A DNA stretch of 23,093 nucleotides from Planctomycetota bacterium (lineage in GTDB: Bacteria; Planctomycetota; SZUA-567; H5-PLA8), in contig JAPLOD010000620.1 in NCBI GenBank assembly GCA_026692735.1, positions 1 through 23,093 of the forward strand, read 5' to 3'. Positions 16,736 to 21,065 of the stretch are shown piece by piece. Numbering within the stretch: the stretch's first letter is position 1; every line of letters begins with the position of its first letter. A program made the translations under genes and the position numbers. The notes beneath the pieces are model-generated. The model had not been told where the DNA came from. It saw nothing but the letters and a program-made list of their open reading frames with translations, and ran no database searches.

Positions 16736-16775
16736 GATGGGTGACGGTAAGCCTTTGTGGTGCGTGAGAAGTTGA

Positions 16776-16846
16776 CGGGCATTCGTTCCGGTTGAACGGG
16801 CGAGTCTTATAAACCCGCCGGCCAGGTTCAACTCCTGGATGCCCGA
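16776..16846 (+). pseudogene. tRNA-like element / probable tRNA pseudogene (good acceptor and T-arm, no foldable anticodon arm)
   Basis: Perfect acceptor CGGGCAT/ATGCCCG. D-stem GTTC/GAAC. T-arm CCAGGTTCAACTCCTGG. The anticodon region GGCGAGTCTTATAAACCCGCC gives only a 4-bp stem with a 13-nt loop. No CCA. Confidence 0.3.
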
Positions 16847-16864
16847 GATCGGCAACGGGGACCT

Positions 16865-16940
16865 CGGGGCGTAGCGTAGCGGCGAACGCGCCTGCGTCGG
16901 GAGCAGGAGAACGCTGGTTCGAATCCAGTCGCCCCGACCA
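16865..16940 (+). tRNA. tRNA-Pro (anticodon CGG)
   Basis: C1-G72 acceptor CGGGGCG/CGCCCCG. Anticodon stem CCTGC/GCAGG with loop GTCGGGA (G37). T-arm GCTGGTTCGAATCCAGT. Discriminator A plus CCA. Confidence 0.65.
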
Positions 16941-16963
16941 GACTAGGGAGGTGAAGAGGGAAA

Positions 16964-17041
16964 CGGGATGTAGCTCAGTTTGCGCAGAGCGCCTGGCTTG
17001 GAACCAGGAGGGCGTCGGTTCGAATCCGGCCATCCCGACCA
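16964..17041 (+). tRNA. tRNA-Pro (anticodon TGG)
   Basis: C1-G72 acceptor CGGGATG/CATCCCG. D-arm TAGCTCAGTTTGCGCAGAGC. Anticodon stem CCTGG/CCAGG with loop CTTGGAA. T-arm GTCGGTTCGAATCCGGC. CCA encoded. Confidence 0.6.
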
Positions 17042-17104
17042 GAACAGAACGTGCTGAGTGGAGAGCGACGAGTAGCGAGTGACGGGGAGAGGAGGGGAGG
17101 GCGT

Positions 17105-17179
17105 TGGGCGGTGTTGTAGCGGGCTGCATGTCTGCCTGATACGCAGACGGTGGAGGTCCAACTCCTCCCCGCCCAACCA
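17105..17179 (+). tRNA. tRNA-Ile (anticodon GAT), tentative
   Basis: Acceptor TGGGCGG/CCGCCCA. Anticodon stem TCTGC/GCAGA with loop CTGATAC. T-arm GGAGGTCCAACTCCTCC. D-stem imperfect. CCA encoded. Confidence 0.5.
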
Positions 17180-17201
17180 GAACGGGAAGCGCTGACGTTG
17201 T

Positions 17202-17276
17202 GTTGACCTCAGTGTAACGGCCGCACGCGAGAATGTGAGTCTCGAGGCACGGGTTCAACTCCCGTAGGTCAACCCA
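17202..17276 (+). tRNA. tRNA-His (anticodon GTG) with encoded G-1 and C73
   Basis: G-1 precedes acceptor TTGACCT/AGGTCAA; discriminator C (bacterial His signature). D-stem GTGT/GCAC. Anticodon stem CGAGA/TCTCG with loop ATGTGAG. T-arm ACGGGTTCAACTCCCGT. CCA encoded. Confidence 0.65.
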
Positions 17277-17278
17277 GA

Positions 17279-17367
17279 CGATTGCGGATTGATGATTGCG
17301 GATTGGGTTGGGTGTGATTGATGACGCGCGACGGCCAATCCGCAATCGTCAATCCGAAATTCGCAAT
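17279..17367. repeat. Palindromic heptad-repeat element, copy 5 (canonical)
   Basis: ACGATTGCGGATTGATGATTGCGGATTGGGTTGGGTGTGATTGATGACGCGCGACGGCCAATCCGCAATCGTCAATCCGAAATTCGCAAT. Starts 1-2 nt after the CCA of tRNA-His. Confidence 0.75.
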
Positions 17368-17373
17368 AAGAGG

Positions 17374-17449
17374 GGCCGCGTGGCCGAGCAGCGAAGGCGT
17401 CCGCCTGCAGAGCGGAAGAGCGCGGGTGCGAGTCCCGCCGCGGCCTCCA
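17374..17449 (+). tRNA. tRNA-Cys (anticodon GCA); T-loop TGCGAGT (G55), D-loop without GG
   Basis: Acceptor GGCCGCG/CGCGGCC. Discriminator T, the Cys identity U73. Anticodon stem TCCGC/GCGGA with loop CTGCAGA. T-arm GCGGGTGCGAGTCCCGC. CCA encoded. Confidence 0.6.
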
Positions 17450-17450
17450 G

Positions 17451-17518
17451 CGATTGCGGATTGGGCTGGGTGTGATTGATGACGCGCGACGGCCAATCCG
17501 CAATCGTCAATCGGCAAT
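17451..17518. repeat. Palindromic heptad-repeat element, copy 6 (short 5' arm)
   Basis: CGATTGCGGATTGGGCTGGGTGTGATTGATGACGCGCGACGGCCAATCCGCAATCGTCAATCGGCAAT. Confidence 0.7.
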
Positions 17519-17525
17519 GGGGAAC

Positions 17526-17602
17526 GTTCCCGAAGGCGAAGAAGTGGAGCCGCCACCCTGTCACGGTGGAGGAAGCCGGTGCGACTCCGGTCGGGAGCGC
17601 CA
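17526..17602 (+). tRNA. tRNA-Asp (anticodon GTC); T-loop TGCGACT (G55)
   Basis: Acceptor GTTCCCG/CGGGAGC. Discriminator G. Anticodon stem CCACC/GGTGG with loop CTGTCAC (canonical Asp loop). T-arm GCCGGTGCGACTCCGGT. CCA encoded. Confidence 0.65.
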
Positions 17603-17604
17603 GA

Positions 17605-17701
17605 ACGATTGTGGATTGATGATTGCGGATTGCGGATTGGGTTGGGTGTGATTGATGACGCGCGAGGACCAATCCGCAATCGTCAATCGGCAATCCGAAA
17701 T
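17605..17701. repeat. Palindromic heptad-repeat element, copy 7
   Basis: ACGATTGTGGATTGATGATTGCGGATTGCGGATTGGGTTGGGTGTGATTGATGACGCGCGAGGACCAATCCGCAATCGTCAATCGGCAATCCGAAAT. Confidence 0.75.
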
Positions 17702-17706
17702 GAGGA

Positions 17707-17782
17707 AGCGGGTGGCTAGGCCTGGTGGTCTGGCGGGTTTCATAAGCCTGCAAGGGTGGTTCGATTCCACTGCCCGTTACCA
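17707..17782 (+). tRNA. tRNA-Met (anticodon CAT; elongator, initiator or Ile2 not distinguishable)
   Basis: Acceptor AGCGGGT/GCCCGTT (with G-U pairs). D-stem CTAG/CTGG. Anticodon stem CGGGT/GCCTG (3 WC + 2 GU) with loop TTCATAA. T-arm GGTGGTTCGATTCCACT. Discriminator A plus CCA. Confidence 0.5.
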
Positions 17783-17784
17783 GG

Positions 17785-17880
17785 CGATTGGGGATTGATG
17801 ATTGCGGATTGCGGATTGGGCTGGGTGTGATTGATGACGCGCGAAAGCCAATCTGCAATCGGCAATCCGCAATCCGAAAT
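17785..17880. repeat. Palindromic heptad-repeat element, copy 8
   Basis: GCGATTGGGGATTGATGATTGCGGATTGCGGATTGGGCTGGGTGTGATTGATGACGCGCGAAAGCCAATCTGCAATCGGCAATCCGCAATCCGAAAT. Confidence 0.75.
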
Positions 17881-17886
17881 GAGGAC

Positions 17887-17960
17887 GGCCGCTTCGTCCA
17901 ACGGGAGGACACCAGTCCTACACACTGGGGACGAAGGTTCGATTCCTTCAGCGGCCACCA
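17887..17960 (+). tRNA. Glu/Gln-type tRNA body with anticodon TAC (Val) and C33; identity uncertain
   Basis: Perfect acceptor GGCCGCT/AGCGGCC. TCGTCCAACGGGAGGAC D-arm. Anticodon stem CCAGT/ACTGG with loop CCTACAC. T-arm GAAGGTTCGATTCCTTC. Discriminator A plus CCA. Confidence 0.4.
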
Positions 17961-18076
17961 GAAAGGAGACAGCGCAAGAGATTCGATGCCGCCGGGACCA
18001 GTGGCGCGCTTCGCCTCACCCAGTGATCGGCGCGGCGTGTTCCATGAAGGATTGTGACGAAGGCGGTGTCGGAAAA

Positions 18077-18151
18077 GGGGATGTAGCTCAACGGCAGAGC
18101 GCCGGGGATTGGCCCCGGAGGTTGCGGGTTCGAGTCCCGTCATTCCTGCCA
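18077..18151 (+). tRNA. tRNA-like gene of uncertain identity (anticodon loop GATTGGC has A at position 33; alternatively a 6-bp stem with 5-nt loop)
   Basis: Acceptor GGGGATG/CATTCCT (with G-U pairs). TAGCTCAACGGCAGAGC D-arm. Stem CCGGG/CCCGG. T-arm GCGGGTTCGAGTCCCGT. Discriminator G plus CCA. Body resembles the Gly(GCC) gene at 14957. Confidence 0.35.
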
Positions 18152-18224
18152 GGATGGCTAGCTCAGGAGGTAGAGCACCGAGCTCATAACTCGGACGTTG
18201 CGGGTTCGACTCCCGCGCCAACTG
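18152..18224 (+). tRNA. tRNA-Met (anticodon CAT), CCA not encoded; begins immediately after the CCA of the previous tRNA
   Basis: Acceptor GGATGGC/GCCAACT (one A-A mismatch at 3-70). TAGCTCAGGAGGTAGAGC D-arm. Anticodon stem CCGAG/CTCGG with canonical loop CTCATAA. T-arm GCGGGTTCGACTCCCGC. 3' end G followed by CCG. Confidence 0.55.
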
Positions 18225-18565
18225 CCGCCTTGAAAGCGGCTCGTAAACCAGGCTGGAGGGGGGCGGACGTTGCACCTGCCCGCCGGGACCGGACGCCCGT
18301 ACAGGCCCGATCCCGGCAGCACGCGACGGCGCCCTGAAGCTCGCGGATTCGCTCCGGCCCAAATCGCGGGACGTTCCTCGCGAACGCACTGGTCCACACG
18401 ACAGCGCGGGAGCGCGCGAACCGAACGCGAAAGTAGGCCGCAGCTCAAGTTGTGCTCCGCGCTGTTCGGTGTGGCGGGACATAGCTCCGCCTCCCGAAGG
18501 CCACAACGAAGAGATCAGACGGGCGACACAAGGGATCGCCCAACGAGGACGAGGAGGGACGAAAC

Positions 18566-19690
18566 ATGGTGGCGATGGGAGTGATGGTGGGCATGCGCAA
18601 GTTTAAGGTGAGGGCGCATGAGCGCGGCTTGCTGTTCAGCGACAACGAGTTCCAGGTCTTGCTCGAGCCGGGCCGCCACTGGTTCTTCGACCCGCTCTTC
18701 AAGATCAGGGTGGACGTGGTCTCGGTGCGCAACGTGTGGCTCAAGCACAGGGACCTGGACGTGATCGCCAAGTCGGGGGCGTTGGAGGGCCAGGCGCAGG
18801 TCGTGGACCTGAAGGACAACGAGCGCGCGCTGTTCTGGGTTGACGGCCGCTTTGAGGCTGTCCTCAAGCCCGGCCTGCACGCGCTGTGGACGGTCTTCCA
18901 CGACGTCAAGGTCGAGGTCGTGGACGCGCGCGCCGTGCGGTTCGAGCATGAGGGCCTGGCCGTGATCCTGAAGTCCGAGGGCGCGGGCGAGGCGTTCGAT
19001 GTGTTCAACGTGGAAGAGGGCCACGCCGGCCTCTTCTTCAAGGACGGCGAGCACAAGGCCACGCTCTCGCCCGGCGTGCACGCCTTCTGGAAGGGCCAGG
19101 GCAAGGTGAAGCTGTACCACGTGGACCTGCGTGAGCAGGTCTGCGACGTGGCCGGCCAGGAGATCATGACCGCCGATAAGGTCACGCTCCGTCTCAACGC
19201 AGTGGCGACGTACCGCGTTGTTAATGGGCTCAAGGCCGTGGCTGAAGTCGAGGACTACCGCCAGGCGCTGTACCGCGAAGCGCAGCTCGCGCTGCGCGCG
19301 GTGATCGGGACGCGCGAGCTGGATGCGCTGCTGGCGGAGAAGGACGCGGTGGCAAAGGAGCTTGAGGGCGTCCTCAAGAACCGTGCGGCCGCGCTTGGCC
19401 TGGAGGTCACGGCGCTGGGCATCAGGGACATCATCCTGCCCGGCGAGATGAAGGACCTGATGAACAAGGTCACCGAGGCCCGGAAGGCCGCCGAGGCGGC
19501 ACTGATCACGCGCCGGGAGGAGACGGCCGCGATGAGGATGCAGGCCAACACGGCCAAGATCCTCGAGACCAGCCCGACGCTGATGAGGATCCGCGAACTG
19601 GAGACCCTCGAGAAGGTTGTCGCCAAGGCCAACCTGCAGGTGGTGCTCGCGGAGAAGGGTCTTGCGGATCGTGTCATGAAGCTGCTGTGA
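18566..19690 (+). CDS. SPFH/band-7 (stomatin/prohibitin/flotillin-like) domain protein
   Basis: 374 aa. ATG at 18566 with GGAGGG 8 nt upstream. The central region carries the SPFH core with a C-terminal coiled-coil rich in E/K/A (...ITRREETAAMRMQANTAKILETSP...). Located between the two tRNA blocks on the same strand. Confidence 0.85.
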   Translation: MVAMGVMVGMRKFKVRAHERGLLFSDNEFQVLLEPGRHWFFDPLFKIRVDVVSVRNVWLKHRDLDVIAKSGALEGQAQVVDLKDNERALFWVDGRFEAVLKPGLHALWTVFHDVKVEVVDARAVRFEHEGLAVILKSEGAGEAFDVFNVEEGHAGLFFKDGEHKATLSPGVHAFWKGQGKVKLYHVDLREQVCDVAGQEIMTADKVTLRLNAVATYRVVNGLKAVAEVEDYRQALYREAQLALRAVIGTRELDALLAEKDAVAKELEGVLKNRAAALGLEVTALGIRDIILPGEMKDLMNKVTEARKAAEAALITRREETAAMRMQANTAKILETSPTLMRIRELETLEKVVAKANLQVVLAEKGLADRVMKLL

Positions 19691-19804
19691 GTGCGGCGGC
19701 TTGAACAAGGCAGTTGAAAGGAGGTGATCCGTTATCTCGTCGGCGTGCGAGGCTCCCGGGGAGGCAGCGTTCGGTCTGGCTCCTCGGGGGGCTCGCCGTC
19801 ACCC

Positions 19805-19890
19805 GCTCCCGTGGCGGAATGCAGACGCGGCCGGTTCAAACCCGGCCAGCCGTGAAGGCTGTGGAGGTGCGAATCCTCCCGGGAGCACCA
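19805..19890 (+). tRNA. Class II tRNA-Leu (anticodon CAA); T-loop TGCGAAT (G55), D-loop without GG
   Basis: Acceptor GCTCCCG/CGGGAGC perfect. D-arm TGGCGGAATGCAGACGCG (Leu-type). Anticodon stem GCCGG/CCGGC with loop TTCAAAC. Variable-arm hairpin CAGCCGTGAAGGCTG. T-arm GGAGGTGCGAATCCTCC. Discriminator A plus CCA. 86 nt. Confidence 0.65.
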
Positions 19891-19892
19891 GG

Positions 19893-19988
19893 CGATTGCG
19901 GATTGGAGATTGAGGATTGCGGATTGGGTTGGGCGTGACCGACGGCGTGCGAAGGCCAATCCGCAATCGTCAATCTGCAATCCGAAAT
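19893..19988. repeat. Palindromic heptad-repeat element, copy 9
   Basis: GCGATTGCGGATTGGAGATTGAGGATTGCGGATTGGGTTGGGCGTGACCGACGGCGTGCGAAGGCCAATCCGCAATCGTCAATCTGCAATCCGAAAT. Confidence 0.75.
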
Positions 19989-19994
19989 GAAGGG

Positions 19995-20069
19995 GCTCTC
20001 GTAGCTCAAGGGATAGAGCGGCCGGCTTCTAACCGGCTGATCGGGGTCCGAGTCCTCGCGAGAGCGCCA
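19995..20069 (+). tRNA. tRNA-Arg (anticodon TCT)
   Basis: Acceptor GCTCTCG/CGAGAGC. TAGCTCAAGGGATAGAGC D-arm. Anticodon stem GCCGG/CCGGC with loop CTTCTAA. T-arm CGGGGTCCGAGTCCTCG. Discriminator G plus CCA. Confidence 0.65.
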
Positions 20070-20080
20070 GATTGAAGGAT

Positions 20081-20156
20081 GCTCCTGTCGCTCAATGGAA
20101 CAGGGCGCTGCTCTCCTAAGGCAGAGATCCGGGTTTGAGTCCCGGCAGGAGCGCCA
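20081..20156 (+). tRNA. tRNA-Arg (anticodon CCT)
   Basis: Acceptor GCTCCTG/CAGGAGC perfect. D-stem GCTC/GGGC. Anticodon stem CTGCT/GGCAG with loop CTCCTAA. T-arm CCGGGTTTGAGTCCCGG (T-loop TTTGAGT). Discriminator G plus CCA. Confidence 0.6.
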
Positions 20157-20158
20157 GG

Positions 20159-20254
20159 CGATTGCGGATTGACGATTGTGGATTGCGGATTGGGTTGGGC
20201 GTGACCGACGACGTGCGAAGGCCAATCCGCAATCGTCAATCTACAATCCGAAAT
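20159..20254. repeat. Palindromic heptad-repeat element, copy 10
   Basis: GCGATTGCGGATTGACGATTGTGGATTGCGGATTGGGTTGGGCGTGACCGACGACGTGCGAAGGCCAATCCGCAATCGTCAATCTACAATCCGAAAT. Confidence 0.75.
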
Positions 20255-20260
20255 GAGGGG

Positions 20261-20335
20261 GCTCTCGTAGCTCAAGGGATAGAGCCGCTGGCTTCGAACC
20301 AGCAGATCGGGGTCCAAGTCCTCGCGAGAGCGCCA
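20261..20335 (+). tRNA. tRNA-Arg (anticodon TCG)
   Basis: Paralog of the Arg(TCT) gene with an identical acceptor and D-arm. Anticodon stem GCTGG/CCAGC with loop CTTCGAA. T-arm CGGGGTCCAAGTCCTCG. CCA encoded. Confidence 0.6.
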
Positions 20336-20337
20336 GG

Positions 20338-20412
20338 TCGCCCGTGGTGTAGCAGAGCGCACACGACCGTGCGAAGGTCGAGGACCGGGTGCGAGTCCCG
20401 GCGGGCGGACCA
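20338..20412 (+). tRNA. tRNA-Arg (anticodon GCG), tentative; T-loop TGCGAGT (G55), D-loop without GG
   Basis: Acceptor TCGCCCG/CGGGCGG. D-stem GTGT/GCAC with loop AGCAGAGC. Anticodon stem CGACC/GGTCG with loop GTGCGAA. T-arm CCGGGTGCGAGTCCCGG. Discriminator A plus CCA. Starts 2 nt after the previous tRNA. Confidence 0.5.
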
Positions 20413-20414
20413 GA

Positions 20415-20509
20415 CGATTGCGGATTGATGATTGTGGATTGCGGATTGGATTGGGTGTGACCGATGACGTGCGAAGGCCAGTCCGCAATCGGCAATCTGC
20501 AATCCGCAA
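20415..20509. repeat. Palindromic heptad-repeat element, copy 11
   Basis: CGATTGCGGATTGATGATTGTGGATTGCGGATTGGATTGGGTGTGACCGATGACGTGCGAAGGCCAGTCCGCAATCGGCAATCTGCAATCCGCAAT. Confidence 0.75.
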
Positions 20510-20516
20510 TAGGAAT

Positions 20517-20592
20517 GGGGCTTGAGCAGGTGTGGTCATTGCGCCCGGCTGAAAACCGGGAGAACTCGGTTCGATCCCGAGGGGCCCCACCA
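20517..20592 (+). tRNA. tRNA-Phe (anticodon GAA)
   Basis: Acceptor GGGGCTT/GGGCCCC (2 G-U). D-stem GCAG/TTGC. Anticodon stem CCCGG/CCGGG with loop CTGAAAA. T-arm CTCGGTTCGATCCCGAG. Discriminator A plus CCA. Confidence 0.65.
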
Positions 20593-20594
20593 GA

Positions 20595-20675
20595 CGATTG
20601 CGGATTGATGATTTTGGATTGCGGATTTGGTTGGGTGTGACCGATGACGTGCGGAGGCCAATCCGCAATCCACAA
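20595..20675. repeat. Palindromic heptad-repeat element, copy 12 (short 3' arm)
   Basis: CGATTGCGGATTGATGATTTTGGATTGCGGATTTGGTTGGGTGTGACCGATGACGTGCGGAGGCCAATCCGCAATCCACAAT. Confidence 0.7.
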
Positions 20676-20682
20676 TGGGAAC

Positions 20683-20771
20683 GGGGGTGGATGTGCGGAC
20701 TGGGAGCCGGGCGGGCCTGTAAAGCCCGCGCTCGATGAAGCTGGGAGGTTCGATTCCTCACGCCCCCACCA
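20683..20771 (+). tRNA. Class II tRNA-Tyr (anticodon GTA)
   Basis: Acceptor GGGGGTG/CGCCCCC. Anticodon stem CGGGC/GCCCG with canonical Tyr loop CTGTAAA. Long variable arm CGCTCGATGAAGCTG. T-arm GGAGGTTCGATTCCTCA. Discriminator A plus CCA. 89 nt. Confidence 0.6.
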
Positions 20772-20773
20772 GA

Positions 20774-20875
20774 CGATTGCGGATTGATGATTTTGGATTG
20801 CGGATTGGGTTGGGTGTGACCGATGACGTGCGGACGCCAATCCGCAATCCGAAATCCACAATCCAAAATCCAAAA
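20774..20875. repeat. Palindromic heptad-repeat element, copy 13 (3' arm extended with CCAAAAT units)
   Basis: CGATTGCGGATTGATGATTTTGGATTGCGGATTGGGTTGGGTGTGACCGATGACGTGCGGACGCCAATCCGCAATCCGAAATCCACAATCCAAAATCCAAAAT. Confidence 0.75.
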
Positions 20876-20881
20876 TAGGCC

Positions 20882-20955
20882 AAGGCGCGACGGCCCGGCG
20901 GCCTGTGCGGTCTCCAAAACCGCTCGACAGGGCTCGACACCCTGGCGCCTTGCCA
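20882..20955 (+). tRNA. tRNA-Trp (anticodon CCA)
   Basis: A1-U72 acceptor AAGGCGC/GCGCCTT perfect. Discriminator G. Anticodon stem GCGGT/ACCGC with canonical Trp loop CTCCAAA. T-arm CAGGGCTCGACACCCTG (C54). D-arm irregular. CCA encoded. Confidence 0.55.
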
Positions 20956-20959
20956 CTTG

Positions 20960-21053
20960 AGTGCGGATTGATGATTGCGGAGTGCGGATTGGGATGGGTG
21001 TGACCGCTGACGTGCGGACGCCAATCCGCAATCCGAAATCCACAATCCGCAAT
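20960..21053. repeat. Palindromic heptad-repeat element, copy 14 (5' end degenerate); lies directly upstream of the HNH gene
   Basis: GTGCGGATTGATGATTGCGGAGTGCGGATTGGGATGGGTGTGACCGCTGACGTGCGGACGCCAATCCGCAATCCGAAATCCACAATCCGCAAT. Ends 1 nt before the GGGAGGA RBS of the HNH CDS. Confidence 0.7.
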
Positions 21054-21065
21054 GGGAGGACAGCC

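Noticed and set aside
17961-18076. 116-nt gap in the array that might hide another tRNA
   Set aside because: No acceptor/T-arm pairing or TTCRA motif could be found by hand; left unannotated pending covariance-model search.
19716-19730. Remnant of a 16S rRNA gene (minus strand) next to the tRNAs
   Set aside because: Only the terminal 15 nt match. Sequence immediately beyond (CGCCGACGAGATAAC|GGATCACC...) does not continue the conserved 16S 3' domain. Kept as a finding about the 15-mer itself rather than as an rRNA feature.
19752-19890. A 139-nt tRNA-like structure starting at the first GCTCCCG copy (19752)
   Set aside because: The same 7-mer recurs at 19805, which gives a canonical 86-nt class-II tRNA-Leu(CAA) with proper D-arm, anticodon and variable arms. 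The upstream copy is more likely a partial duplication of the acceptor strand.
15396-21053. Could the regularly spaced repeats be a CRISPR array?
   Set aside because: The repeats are long imperfect palindromes of variable length (70-105 bp) with diverged cores, not 25-40 bp near-identical direct repeats. The 'spacers' are structured tRNA genes of conserved type. No cas genes or leader are present.
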